Shown here piece after piece: positions 17,692-28,146 of a DNA stretch of 30,643 nt (position 1 is its first letter; every line of letters starts with the position of its first letter). Made by a program: the position numbers and the translations under genes. Origin of the DNA: Trichormus sp. ATA11-4-KO1 (GTDB taxonomy: Bacteria; Cyanobacteriota; Cyanobacteriia; Cyanobacteriales; Nostocaceae). Below the pieces are notes generated by a model. The model did no database searches. It was not told the origin of the DNA and saw only the letters and a list, made by a program, of their open reading frames with translations. The stretch is taken from contig JAHHIM010000046.1 of assembly GCA_019358915.1 (NCBI GenBank), forward strand, positions 1 through 30,643. Reading direction: 5' to 3'.

Positions 17692-17763
17692 CACCAATGA
17701 CCCTTCGGTTTCGTCAGTTGCTCATTTTGGAAACCAAAAAGACCGCACTGACTCACCAATGAC
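17692..17763. repeat. Small dispersed repeat flanked by 10-bp direct repeats
   Basis: CACCAATGAC at 17692-17701 and 17754-17763 flanks CCTTCGGTTTCGTCAGTTGCTCATTTTGGAAACCAAAAAGACCGCACTGACT. Confidence 0.6.
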
Positions 17764-17766
17764 GAT

Positions 17767-18267
17767 TTACGACAATTGCCAGACTATACTACCAATAAGA
17801 AACATTCCCGCCAAGCCAGCAAAGGAAAATTTTAACCGTTGCAGAATCGGTTTGATTTCGTACGCCACAATTAGGCGATCGCGCATCAGGACTTCTTGTG
17901 GCTTCATCCAAGTTTGACCGTCGTACCAGCCTGACTCTTCATAAAATACGGTTGTATTGTAGAGGCGATCGCGTATATAAAGCCAGCCCAACAACAATCG
18001 TACTAGTACTAGCACTACTCCTATACTTGCTCCTGCTGCACCGCAGAGGAGAAAATGATTCAACTGTTTGTGTGGCGGAAAACTGGCGGCTGCTACTGGC
18101 CCTGCTACCAGCCATGACACACTCCAAATCCAAACCATTTTCGTGATATATTCTCGCCAATTTAAGATGCAATCACAAAATAGCCAGGATGTTTTTAATT
18201 CTTCGTATTCATTCAGTGGTTGTTGGTCTGTAGGAACTGGGCAATTGGAAACCGAAGACCTCATCAT
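17767..18267 (-). CDS. CGLD27 / Ycf36 (DUF1230) family membrane protein
   Basis: [13 protein letters not shown] and [12 protein letters not shown] motifs. Confidence 0.92.
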   Translation of the reverse strand: MMRSSVSNCPVPTDQQPLNEYEELKTSWLFCDCILNWREYITKMVWIWSVSWLVAGPVAAASFPPHKQLNHFLLCGAAGASIGVVLVLVRLLLGWLYIRDRLYNTTVFYEESGWYDGQTWMKPQEVLMRDRLIVAYEIKPILQRLKFSFAGLAGMFLIGSIVWQLS

Positions 18268-18725
18268 ATTGGCTTACCCCCACCCTCATCAGCTTTTGGA
18301 AGGGAAATACGTTCTGCATGAACCCAGAACGCTTCTAAGTTATAGAATTCTCTCTCATTTGGCATCATGATATGAACGATCACTTCGCCGTAATCTTGTA
18401 GCACCCAACTACCCTCGGCTTTTCCTTCTGTCCTCAAGGGACGCCGTTGCCAATCACTTTCTACCTTACCTTCAATTGCCTCGGCGATCGCCCTGACTTG
18501 TACCCTAGAGTAGCCAGTCATCATCACAAAGTAATCTGCCAGATAAGATACATCTGCTACCCTAAGCAATAAAATATCACCCGCTTTGCGGTCTAATGCA
18601 GCTTCGGCGATGGTTACAGCTAAATTTTCACTCACATCTTTGGTTTCAGCCTCTAGGCTGCTGAGTGCATCCTTGATATCTGAGACAGATTGTAATGGGA
18701 AATTTCCTTGGAAATAATCAGACAT
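18264..18725 (-). CDS. rsfS: Ribosome silencing factor (Iojap)
   Basis: [27 protein letters not shown] and REFYNLE motifs. Confidence 0.96.
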   Translation of the reverse strand: MSDYFQGNFPLQSVSDIKDALSSLEAETKDVSENLAVTIAEAALDRKAGDILLLRVADVSYLADYFVMMTGYSRVQVRAIAEAIEGKVESDWQRRPLRTEGKAEGSWVLQDYGEVIVHIMMPNEREFYNLEAFWVHAERISLPKADEGGGKPI

Positions 18726-18845
18726 TAAACCTCAGGTGCTTTATCCCTTTTGTTACAATTTTCTCCAATCACTTACTTACAAACAATAAATTGAATAGCA
18801 AGTCTATGTGTTGGTTTTTTTGAATACTAACAAAAAAACAGGTAT

Positions 18846-18992
18846 CTATGGGGTTGTTAAAACAATTAGCTGTTTGGCTCGTCAGATGAATAAAAACCAA
18901 TGGCGAATAGATATTGTCCTGGGATAAATCAAGCAATGGCTTTCTACCAAAGATTCCAGGTAATCATCCAAGCTTCGCCACACAGCTTTATC
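18846..18992 (-). pseudogene. yqeK: Relic of yqeK (HD-domain Ap4A hydrolase) C-terminus
   Basis: Translation DKAVWRSLDDYLESLVESHCLIYPRTISIRHWFLFI*RAKQLIVLTTP* resembles the cyanobacterial YqeK end (AVW..CDY.L..L......IHPRTI.TRNWFL). It lies where yqeK normally precedes rsfS. Confidence 0.6.
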
Positions 18993-19542
18993 CTAAATGT
19001 TTATATATATTTTAGACTGCTACCAGATTCTTCCAACTGGTAATATTTATATTTATGTCCTCAGACCAACTAGACATGCTGCTAACAACAGCATACAATA
19101 CAGCACAGTCATGCAATCTTATCTAAAGTCTGAATCGGCAATAACCAAGAATGCTTGAGGATATTGGCTCAGTATATCGTTAGCACAGGACGACAAAAAT
19201 CAACCTTGAGTTGATCTCATTCGTGGATATCCCTAATTAGTGCTGTCTGATTGAAGTTGGCTAAGACATCAAAAGTTCCCACAATGATATACATGGTAAC
19301 TCTATCGCATTGATTGTATTTTCAACCGTGTATTCAGGATATGCTAGCAGTCAAGTTTGGTCATGCGACCAGACCCTTCAGGCTCATATACTCACTTAGT
19401 AGCTGATCTCAGGCTTTTTCTGGATAATCGCGCTTTACCTAGCTAACTTGAAAAAGTGCTGAGTGGGGAGCGAAGCATTGGGAAGTGCTCTTTCTTATCC
19501 CCCTGCTACTTACTGCTTCTCAGGACGGCTAAATTATTTGGT

Positions 19543-20814
19543 TTATACTTCCTGTTTTGATACTACTTGAGACTCAACTGCTTGAGTCTCTGCCGTCACT
19601 GAGTAAAATAACTCCTCATAGTGATTTAAGGCTTGCTCAAAGGCGTATTGTTCAACAGCATATTGACGACTGTGGTAACCCAGATTTTTGACTTTTTCTG
19701 GATGCTTGTACAAGTCTAAAATTGCCATTGCTAAAGCTTTGGAGTCTTCTGGAGGTACAATAACTCCCCCGCCACTTTGTCTAACAGCTTTTGCGGCTGT
19801 GCCATTTTCGGGTACAGATGCCACTAAGGTACGACCACTGGCAAGTATTACTTGAATTTTAGATGGCATATTGAAAGATACCACATTTTTCTTTTGTACT
19901 ACCAAACCAACATCAGCTGCTGCCAACATTTGTGGTAACTGTTCGCGGGGTTGAAACGGCAGTAGCAAAACGTTATCTGCACCACAGTCTAAACAATACT
20001 GTTGTAATCTTTGCAAACCTTTTGCTTCACCCACAATCACAAAGGCAATATCTGGAATATGGCACAACTTAGAAGCAGCTTTCACAACTGTTTCCAAACC
20101 TTGGGTCAGAGCAATGTTTCCAGAATATAGCACGACAAATTTGCCATTGAGGTTATGTGCCTCCCGAAAAGGATTATTTTCTTTAGGCAAAGGGCGAATA
20201 AAATTCACATCGACCCAGTTAGGAATTTGTTCAATTTTATGAGGTTCTACACCTTTAGATAATAAATTTTCTACAAAACCATCAGCAATCACACTAATTT
20301 TTGCGGCTGTGTGGTAAGCAAATTTTTCTAATGCAGTAAATAGCTTGATCAGTGCTTTGTTTTTCAGTAATCCGACATGAATTGCTGCTTCCGGCAATAT
20401 GTCCTGAAGATTTAATACCACAGGGCAAGCGCGCAACCATCCTAAAAGGGCAGCAGGTACACAAACAGGTAGTGATGGTGACGTTGAGAGAATTACATCA
20501 GGACGCCAGCCGAACAGGGCGGGTAAAAAGCTAGTCACAACAAAACTAGCATCTAACAATACTCGGTCTAATAGATTGGGTTGTGGGCGAATCCAAACAT
20601 AACTGCGTTGGATTTGCACACCATTTTTGTCTTCATTTAAATACCACTTACCTCGATAAGCCTCGTATATTTGACGTTCAGGATAGTTGGGCATAGCGGT
20701 GATGACGCGAACTTGGTGTCCACGCTTGACCAGTCCCTCTGCTAATTCCGTCATCAGTGGGGCTATACCAATTGGTTCTGGATAGTAGTTGTAGGAATAA
20801 ATTAAAATCCGCAT
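19543..20814 (-). CDS. Glycosyltransferase family 4, WcaI/WbuB-like
   Basis: NYYPEPIGIA, MPNYPE, YSGNIALTQG and MPSKI motifs. Confidence 0.92.
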   Translation of the reverse strand: MRILIYSYNYYPEPIGIAPLMTELAEGLVKRGHQVRVITAMPNYPERQIYEAYRGKWYLNEDKNGVQIQRSYVWIRPQPNLLDRVLLDASFVVTSFLPALFGWRPDVILSTSPSLPVCVPAALLGWLRACPVVLNLQDILPEAAIHVGLLKNKALIKLFTALEKFAYHTAAKISVIADGFVENLLSKGVEPHKIEQIPNWVDVNFIRPLPKENNPFREAHNLNGKFVVLYSGNIALTQGLETVVKAASKLCHIPDIAFVIVGEAKGLQRLQQYCLDCGADNVLLLPFQPREQLPQMLAAADVGLVVQKKNVVSFNMPSKIQVILASGRTLVASVPENGTAAKAVRQSGGGVIVPPEDSKALAMAILDLYKHPEKVKNLGYHSRQYAVEQYAFEQALNHYEELFYSVTAETQAVESQVVSKQEV

Positions 20815-21471
20815 AACAAATTAGTCAGAAGTCCCCTGGTTTTGTGGATAATGAAAATATTTTGGGAAAATTACTGTTTTGTACTCTAAAGCACCTATAT
20901 GTAATTCTCTCTTTAGAATCTCTCTAATGACAGGGGTTTTCATTGAAGATTCAGTAAACTTTGTTATCCACCACTTAAGTAGGAATTAAAGTATTTTTTA
21001 CTACTTCAGAGTTGTTAAAATTGGATATATAAGGGTTTTCTCTAAGTATAATACCTATATTGATTGGTTAAAGACATTGTAAGCAGCAATTCACAGAGCT
21101 TTATAAAGAGTATAAAAATATAATGTAAATTATCAGCTTAGTTGCTTGATATTGGGATAGTGAGCAAACGATGGAGGAAAATACTTGTTTTACGTCCAAA
21201 AAATTTCTGCTTAGACTGGGATACCAACAAAGGAACAGGAAATAGAAAATCAGGAAGGTAATGGTGTAGGTCTTTTTTTTTCAAAAATCAAGTAGGAGTG
21301 TCTCATCTAGTAAGTATATACGTATAAATATAATTAACTATTGCTGTAAATTAGTGTAAATTACAGCACAGTAGTTCGTAATTGGTCACTTGAGGTATAG
21401 AACCTTTTAGGGACATATTTGTTCCATTACACTGACCACAAATATTTCTCACAATTTTTACAAGTATCCTT

Positions 21472-21500
21472 TTAATAGGAAACTACAGCGTTTCTATTAA
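21472..21500. terminator. Imperfect hairpin downstream of the ABC transporter operon
   Basis: TTAATAGGAAAC-tacagc-GTTTCTATTAA with a single bulge. Confidence 0.35.
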
Positions 21501-21649
21501 TAATGTAATTTACGCCGTTGCATACGTTGCATAATAGATTACACAAACTTATAGAGATTTTGCAAAGGGGATGGACTGTTTATTCAATGTTGGTGTAAAA
21601 GGTGTGGGGTAACAGCATGAATGATGTGGTCTTGAAGAAAATAGAGCTT

Positions 21650-22390
21650 CTAGAGGATTTGCGATAAAAACTTACGAGTCCGTTCTTCTTTGGGGTTGGT
21701 AAAAAACGTGTTAGGGGTGGCTGACTCCACAAGGGAACCACTATCCATAAGAATTACTCGGTCGGCAACTTCACGAGCAAATCCGACTTCGTGGGTAACT
21801 ACTACCATTGTCATCCCGTCTCTGGCGAGACTTCGCATGACATCTAACACTTCTCTCACCATCTCTGGATCTAAAGCTGAGGTGGGTTCATCAAACAGCA
21901 TAATTTTAGGTTGCATGGCTAAAGCACGAGCAATCGCTACTCGTTGCTGCTGTCCCCCAGATAACTGGCCTGGATATTTATGCGCTTGTTCTAAAATTCC
22001 TACTCTTTCTAGGAGTTGTATTGCTAATTCTTTGGCTTTTGGCTGCGACCATCGACGCACCCAAGTTGGGGCTAAAGTAATATTTTGTATAACTGTGAGA
22101 TGGGGAAATAAATTAAACTGCTGAAATACCATCCCCACTTCTCGCCGAATTGTTTCAATATTCCGCAGGTCATGACTGAGAGTAATACCGTCAATGGTAA
22201 TTTTTCCCTGTTGGTAAGCTTCTAAAGCGTTAAATGTGCGGATAAAAGTTGATTTACCAGAACCTGAAGGACCCATCAACACCACTACTTCTCCACGATT
22301 TACCGTTAAGCTCACACCCTGGAGAACATGAAATTTGCCATACCATTTGTGAACATCTTCAGCAAGAATAATCGGTTGTAATTCTGACAT
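21650..22390 (-). CDS. bgtA: Polar amino acid ABC transporter ATP-binding subunit
   Basis: [25 protein letters not shown] and VTHE motifs. Last gene of a natF-natG-natH-bgtA (N-II system) arrangement. Confidence 0.85.
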   Translation of the reverse strand: MSELQPIILAEDVHKWYGKFHVLQGVSLTVNRGEVVVLMGPSGSGKSTFIRTFNALEAYQQGKITIDGITLSHDLRNIETIRREVGMVFQQFNLFPHLTVIQNITLAPTWVRRWSQPKAKELAIQLLERVGILEQAHKYPGQLSGGQQQRVAIARALAMQPKIMLFDEPTSALDPEMVREVLDVMRSLARDGMTMVVVTHEVGFAREVADRVILMDSGSLVESATPNTFFTNPKEERTRKFLSQIL

Positions 22391-22431
22391 AGGATTTAAA
22401 GTTAGAAAAACTAGTAATATATCTCTATTGA

Positions 22432-23580
22432 CTAATAACCTAAATGTTTTTCTAATCGCCTAGAAGTTAACGACATAGAGTAACAAAATATCCAGTAAAT
22501 CAATCCAATAAACAAATACACTTCGGCATAGCGACCCAGAAACTGGGGTTGTGCCAAAACGGAACGAGCAATTCCCGTAAGTTCCACTAATCCCACCAAA
22601 GATAAAAGTGAAGTGTCTTTAAATAAGCCGATAAACTGACCAACGATCGCCGGAATTACAGCACGTAAAGCTTGGGGTAGGACAATAAAGACCACCACAA
22701 AAAAAGTATTCAGTCCTAACGCCTTCGCGGCTTCAACTTGTCCACGCGGGATTGCTTGGAGTCCACCACGCACGTTTTCTGCCATATAAGCAGCACTAAA
22801 TAATACTAGTCCTGCTACTCCTCTAAGTACCCGATCTAAACGTACATCTGCTGGTAAAAATAACGGCAACATTACCTGAGCCAGAAATAAAATTCCAATC
22901 AGTGGTAGTCCCCTGATAATTTCAATGTAGAGGATACAAAACCAACGGACTACAGGCAAATTACTTGTGCGCCCTAAAGCTAGTAAAACGCCAATGGGAA
23001 AGGAAAGCACTATACTAACTGCTGCCATTAATAAGGTAAGTAACAAACCATTCCACAGATTTGTGGATACAGATCGCAAACCGAATCCGCCGCCAACTAG
23101 CCACAGCATTATGGGGAAAGATAACAACCATGCTAGAGATAGCCAAGGTGCTATTACTTTAGTAAACTTTCCCCCAATCCAAAAACCTGCAATTACTAAC
23201 ACAGCAACTAACAACAACCAGAGGCGGGATGTCAAATCCCAGGGCAAAATTACCAACACAAGTCCCACAATGAAAGCAAACAAAGCAACTTTGAGCCTAG
23301 ACAACTGTTGCTTACCAAAAAATACACCCCCAGTTACAGCACCTAAGGTGGAAGCGATCGCCAGCACAATCCAGACTCGCCAGTATAATGCTTGAGGAAA
23401 TCTGCCAACTAAAAATAAACGTAAATTAACCCAAATTACTGTCCATTGTGCTTGAGTGAATGCCCAAGTCAAAATTCCCCGCACCAGCCAAAAGAGCAAA
23501 ACTAAGCAGACAACAGTTAAAACACCGTTGTACCAAGTACTAAAGAGATTTTTACGTAACCAAGTTAATTGTGGAGTCAT
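22432..23580 (-). CDS. natH: Amino acid ABC transporter permease (AapM-like)
   Basis: [17 protein letters not shown] and EAA loop [10 protein letters not shown]. Confidence 0.85.
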   Translation of the reverse strand: MTPQLTWLRKNLFSTWYNGVLTVVCLVLLFWLVRGILTWAFTQAQWTVIWVNLRLFLVGRFPQALYWRVWIVLAIASTLGAVTGGVFFGKQQLSRLKVALFAFIVGLVLVILPWDLTSRLWLLLVAVLVIAGFWIGGKFTKVIAPWLSLAWLLSFPIMLWLVGGGFGLRSVSTNLWNGLLLTLLMAAVSIVLSFPIGVLLALGRTSNLPVVRWFCILYIEIIRGLPLIGILFLAQVMLPLFLPADVRLDRVLRGVAGLVLFSAAYMAENVRGGLQAIPRGQVEAAKALGLNTFFVVVFIVLPQALRAVIPAIVGQFIGLFKDTSLLSLVGLVELTGIARSVLAQPQFLGRYAEVYLFIGLIYWIFCYSMSLTSRRLEKHLGY

Positions 23581-23599
23581 GGGGAAGAGGAATTCTTTA

Positions 23600-24526
23600 T
23601 TACCTTTCTTTGATCTGCACTTGGCGATTAAATAAGTTCATGATTACGGAAATAGTCAAGCTGAGGGTAAGATAGGCGAGCATGATTAGTAACATGACTT
23701 CTACCGCTTTCCCTGTTTGGTTAAAGGTGGTGGAGGCGACAAAATAAATGTCTGGATAGCCGATGGCGATCGCTAAACTGGAATTCTTGGTTAAATTCAG
23801 ATACTGGCTCGTCAGTGGGGGAATAATTACCCGCAAGGCTTGGGGAAATATTACCAACCGCATCACTAATCCTGGTTTTAATCCTAGCGATCGCGCTGCT
23901 TCCCATTGTCCTCTTGGTACTGATTGAATCCCGCCTCGGACAATTTCTGCAATAAACGCGCCTGTGTAAAACACTAACCCCAGTAACAAAGCTGAAAATT
24001 CTGGGGAGAGAGTAAACCAAGGAAGTTCTATACCATCTTGGCTGATTCCCAAAAATCCCCAGAGAGATATTTTATTTTCTCTTTGAGGAAAACCGAGAAA
24101 GACGGCAAAGTACCAAAATAATAATTGCAGTAATAAGGGTGTATTACGAAAAATTTCTACGTAAACTAGAGCGATTTTTTGTACTAGCCAGTTATCAGAC
24201 AGTCGGGCTATTCCTGTACTGATTCCCACAATTGTAGTCAGGAAAATTCCCGCAATTGCTATTCGCAATGAGTTAACCAACCCTGCCCACAAAGCGCGGC
24301 TGTAGGTGTCAGTTGGTTTATAGTTCAACAGCGATTCGCCAATATCAAAGGACGCTTGCTGCTTGAGAAAATCAAATCCAAATTGAATGCCTAATTGTTG
24401 TAAATTGCGGTTGAGGTTACCCCACAGTATTGCGACTACAAATACTGCTAAACATACAGCAATTAATTGTGCAGCAATGTGCCAGAAGCGGTAATCACGC
24501 CATATAGGCGGTTTTACATTAGTCAT
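23600..24526 (-). CDS. natG: Amino acid ABC transporter permease (AapQ-like)
   Basis: YVEIFRNTPLL, AEIVRGG, GQWEAARSLG and KNSSLA motifs. Confidence 0.85.
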   Translation of the reverse strand: MTNVKPPIWRDYRFWHIAAQLIAVCLAVFVVAILWGNLNRNLQQLGIQFGFDFLKQQASFDIGESLLNYKPTDTYSRALWAGLVNSLRIAIAGIFLTTIVGISTGIARLSDNWLVQKIALVYVEIFRNTPLLLQLLFWYFAVFLGFPQRENKISLWGFLGISQDGIELPWFTLSPEFSALLLGLVFYTGAFIAEIVRGGIQSVPRGQWEAARSLGLKPGLVMRLVIFPQALRVIIPPLTSQYLNLTKNSSLAIAIGYPDIYFVASTTFNQTGKAVEVMLLIMLAYLTLSLTISVIMNLFNRQVQIKER

Positions 24527-24555
24527 TGGTTATTCTCTTGCTCCCCTTGTCCGCT

Positions 24556-25632
24556 TTATCGGAATGGCGGCGAATACAGTAATCCACCTTGCGTCCAGAG
24601 TTGATTTTGACCACGAGCCAGATTTAATTTTGTATTTGGCCCGAGATTGCGATCGTAAATTTCGCCGTAGTTACCAACGTGCTTGATGATCCTAGTTGCG
24701 AAGTCGTTGGTTAAGCCAAGTCCTTCACCGAGGTTACCTTCTTTCCCTAAAAAGCGCTTGATTTCTGGGTCATTACTTGTGGCGAACTGTGCTAAATTTT
24801 GGGAATTAATACCCAATTCTTCGGCTTTTATCAGAGAATAAACCACCCACTTCACAGCACTAGTTAAGGTTGGATCACCTTTGGCGACTGCTGGTGCAAG
24901 CGGTTCAGAAGAAATGACTTCATCGAGAATCGTGTGAGCTTCTGGGTTGGGTAGAGTGATGCGCCGAGATACTAACGCCGAACGATCAGCTGTAATACCG
25001 TCACAACGCCCTTCAGCATAAGTAGCAAAAGTAACATTAACATCTTCAAAGACAACTGGTCGGTAGGTAATGCCTCGTTTCCGCATTTGGTCTGCTAAGT
25101 TTTGCTCAGTAGTAGTACCAGTTTGAACACAGATTGCTTTATCTTTCAGGTTTGCCAAAGAATTAATGCCACTATTTTTGCGTACCATGAGGGCTTGACC
25201 ATCGTAAAAGACAACGGGGGCAAATTCCAGACCCACGGAAGTATCACGACTCAGTATCCAGCTGGTATTACGGCTGAGAACGTCTATTTCCCCGGTTTGC
25301 AAGGCTGTAAACCGTTCTTTGGCACTGAGATTACGGAATTCTACTGCATCTGGGTTATCAAATAAGGCAGCTGCTATGGCTCGGCAGATATCTACGTCGA
25401 TACCACTATAATTCCCGTCAGTGCCGACAAAGCTAAACCCTGGGATTTCACCACTGACACCGCAAATCAACTGACCACGACTTTTAATTGCATCCCAGCG
25501 ATCGCGAGTTGCTTGTACTCCTGAATTACTACCTGTAGTTGCTATTTGTCCTGAATCTCCATTACAAGCAGTCAAGGCCAAGATTAGGGGGGCGATCGCT
25601 AAGATTAATGCTGATTTGCGCATAAACTTCAT
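24556..25632 (-). CDS. natF: Amino acid ABC transporter substrate-binding lipoprotein (AapJ-like)
   Basis: Lipobox LTAC, GIDVDICRAIAAA, RFTALQTGEIDVLSRN, VGNYGEIYDRN. Start at 25632 or 25623. Confidence 0.88.
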   Translation of the reverse strand: MKFMRKSALILAIAPLILALTACNGDSGQIATTGSNSGVQATRDRWDAIKSRGQLICGVSGEIPGFSFVGTDGNYSGIDVDICRAIAAALFDNPDAVEFRNLSAKERFTALQTGEIDVLSRNTSWILSRDTSVGLEFAPVVFYDGQALMVRKNSGINSLANLKDKAICVQTGTTTEQNLADQMRKRGITYRPVVFEDVNVTFATYAEGRCDGITADRSALVSRRITLPNPEAHTILDEVISSEPLAPAVAKGDPTLTSAVKWVVYSLIKAEELGINSQNLAQFATSNDPEIKRFLGKEGNLGEGLGLTNDFATRIIKHVGNYGEIYDRNLGPNTKLNLARGQNQLWTQGGLLYSPPFR

Positions 25633-25653
25633 ATATGGTGAACTAGAAACAAT

Positions 25654-25667
25654 GTATTATTAACTAC
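25654..25667. promoter_or_regulatory. NtcA-like box upstream of natF
   Basis: tGTAttattaacTACa, 21 nt upstream of the first ATG. Confidence 0.55.
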
Positions 25668-26239
25668 AATGATTGTATGAAAATAATTTAGATGCTTGTG
25701 ATATAAAACTTTTGGCTGTCCCTGTGTTTGATTTTTCTGTAAAAAGCGGCTCTCAAAAGTTTTATCTATATTTGATACTAGAAATGTTGAATATTGATAC
25801 AAAACTTTACATAATTGATTATACTAAGCCTGAAAAGCCTAAAATTGTCAACATAATATCATCTCCTCAAACCGATGAACATAACTAATTTTCTGACACA
25901 TACAAGACTGAAGATAGCGCAACTTATCTAATAACGTATTTCCCCATTGTTTGGGAATAGATAATAGCTGTAAAATTAGACTAAGCTATCAAATTCACAT
26001 GAATTTGTATAGTGATGCTATTAAAGTTTTTGCTAATTAATTTGTCCAGTTTTAAATGCATTTTCAAAAACTTCCACAACAATTCAACTCCCCACAGAAA
26101 TATTATTAGTCTTTGACCAAAATCTACCAGATTTAAGTGAATGTCATTTTTAATTTATTATTTTTTGATAAAAAATCTAAGTTAATTTAATAATATTTTG
26201 CTGGACTTTTTAATTATAAAATTATTAGTATGTTGATTT

Positions 26240-26398
26240 GAGTAGGACGACGTAAATAATTAAAGGTTTGTAAGACTTTAGTCCTCAAATTAAGGGCTGT
26301 TCGCGCAGCGTTCCTTAGGGTAGCCCTGACTACGAAATTAATTGTAATTATTTTACATTGCAAAACACATAGTTTGATTTATTCCTACAGACTTACTT
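26240..26398. repeat. Degenerate MITE-like repeat with nested palindromes
   Basis: Imperfect inverted ends AGTAGGACGACGTAAATAA / ATTTATTCCTACAGACTTACT. Internal GACTTTAGTC and AGGGCT...AGCCCT palindromes, the latter split by a GC-rich 23-nt insert. Confidence 0.45.
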
Positions 26399-26777
26399 GT
26401 TTTCCCTCTTGTTGATTAGCTTAAATTATTGATGCAAAGGTTAAATTCAAATATAAATCATTGAGTATTGCATAATTTAATTATAATTTTCTGATATTGC
26501 TTGCCATATTTATTGAGATGTGTCCCTAAGCTTGGTCAAAACAAACTTATCGCAGAATGATGAGGCTCATATGTCTAATCTTGCCTTCGATTTACAAATA
26601 GAAATTTTTTTCAATTCATGAAATCTGGATAAATCAGCAAATAGTTCAACTATTGTGCAAAAAATCATTGCATACTTTTAAAAAGAAGAGAAGTAGCTAC
26701 ACCAACTTAAACACTTGCCACTGGCAGGTTAAACTAGTTTTGGTAACAGCTGCTCCATGGTTCTTTATGAGGCTTTT

Positions 26778-27335
26778 ATGGGAGCTAATCTCAAACAGAT
26801 TGCCAATTACTTAGACAAACTAGGTTGGGACTACCGTTTTGATCATGAAGAAGACCGCATTATCACAGGTGTTGAAGCTGATAACCTAGAGGATTTTCTG
26901 ATAGTTGTCCAATTGGATGAAGAGGGAAAATTTTTCCGAGTGTTTGCGCCTCAAGTTCTGGCGGGAGTGCAAGATCATCCCTACAAGGGAGTTATCCTAC
27001 AGACAATGCTGGCAATTTCTTGGGAAACGAAGATGCTGCAATGGGAATATGACCCAGCCGATGGTGAGATCCGAGCCATTATTGAATTTCCTCTAGAAGA
27101 CTCAATTCTCACAGAAAGGCAATTTCACCGTTGTCTAAGTGGATTAATTCAGATTGTTGATAATATAGCAATTCCTCGCCTGAGAGAAGTGATGGTAACG
27201 GGTCAAGATCCAGGGAATTTAGAACTTGGGGAAAGAATGTTACTGAGTATTCAAGAAGAAGCTCCTGGATTATTAGAAATCCTGGAAAAAGCCATGGAAG
27301 CTAGGAGAAAGCGGGGAAGTTTTCCCAGCGAGTGA
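26778..27335 (+). CDS. Conserved hypothetical protein (YbjN / type III chaperone-like fold suspected)
   Basis: Long ORF with typical codon usage; GAGG precedes ATG 26778 (alternative 26757). Fold is inferred. Confidence 0.75.
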   Translation: MGANLKQIANYLDKLGWDYRFDHEEDRIITGVEADNLEDFLIVVQLDEEGKFFRVFAPQVLAGVQDHPYKGVILQTMLAISWETKMLQWEYDPADGEIRAIIEFPLEDSILTERQFHRCLSGLIQIVDNIAIPRLREVMVTGQDPGNLELGERMLLSIQEEAPGLLEILEKAMEARRKRGSFPSE

Positions 27336-27412
27336 GGCGAATTATCACTTAAATAGCTATACTCCAAAGTGATACCCTGACTATATACTGAAGTTTTCTA
27401 GGGCTGGATTTT

Positions 27413-28057
27413 ATGACATCCTATGCAACCTCCTTTGCCAAGGCAGAAATGAGTGAACTCCGGCGGTTAAAAGGCTTACTACCGCCAGAATTGCAGAGCT
27501 GGGTCACGGTTGAAGGCACAACTGAGGTCAATCCACCCCTGATCCGTTGCGAAGAAATTGGTAAAGACCAGGTAGAAATTCAAATAGACCTGGTGAAATG
27601 GGATGCTTTGGCGATGGATCAGCGTAATCTGCTTTTTTGGCATGAAGTCGCCCGCGTGCAAAATGATTCTATTCCCAAAGATGGTTGGGAAATGGCAGCA
27701 TTGGCTATTGGTTTAGGCGGTGCTGTAGGCGAATTGTGGGTACAAGATGGATTGTTGCTGGTGTTAGCTTTGGCGCTATGTGGTGTCTCAGGCTGGCGAT
27801 TGTATCAGAAGAATAATGGGGAAAAGCAACTGAAAGAATTACTCGCTGCTGACGAGAAAGCGATCGCATTGGCAACTCGCTTTGGTTATAGCCTCCCCAA
27901 CGCCTATAAGAGCCTGGGTAGCGCCTTAAAAACCATGATCGACAATACTCCTAGCAAGCGCCAACGGTCTCGATACGAAGCACGACTTTCTGCCCTCAAA
28001 CGCAGTGCTAACAAAGCCAAAGCTAAGTCTAGGACTACAGATGAAGCTGGACTGTAG
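27413..28057 (+). CDS. DUF3318 family membrane protein
   Basis: ELRRLKGLLPPEL, QRNLLFWHEVAR, two TM segments, ADEKAI. Confidence 0.85.
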   Translation: MTSYATSFAKAEMSELRRLKGLLPPELQSWVTVEGTTEVNPPLIRCEEIGKDQVEIQIDLVKWDALAMDQRNLLFWHEVARVQNDSIPKDGWEMAALAIGLGGAVGELWVQDGLLLVLALALCGVSGWRLYQKNNGEKQLKELLAADEKAIALATRFGYSLPNAYKSLGSALKTMIDNTPSKRQRSRYEARLSALKRSANKAKAKSRTTDEAGL

Positions 28058-28074
28058 AACTCAGCAAGTATGTT

Positions 28075-28093
28075 GGGTGGGCAATACCCACCC
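28075..28093. terminator. REP-like hairpin between convergent genes
   Basis: GGGTGGG-caata-CCCACCC followed by an A-run (U-run on the queE strand). Confidence 0.6.
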
Positions 28094-28146
28094 CCAAAAA
28101 AATAAAATTCCTTGGGTTTGACTTGATGACATCTTTCATCAAACTT

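Noticed and set aside
20815..21649. 835-bp intergenic region as a possible hidden gene or ncRNA
   Set aside because: AT-rich with only short ORFs and minor repeats (GTTGCATA x2, TGTAAATTA x2); nothing I can support.
21690..23395. Plus-strand ORFs of 142-144 aa within the ABC operon, and other short antisense ORFs in the track
   Set aside because: Shadow frames of well-supported genes on the opposite strand.
25673..25888. 71-aa ORF in AT-rich DNA (similarly 6647..6889)
   Set aside because: Non-ATG start, no RBS or motif, overlaps a probable promoter region.
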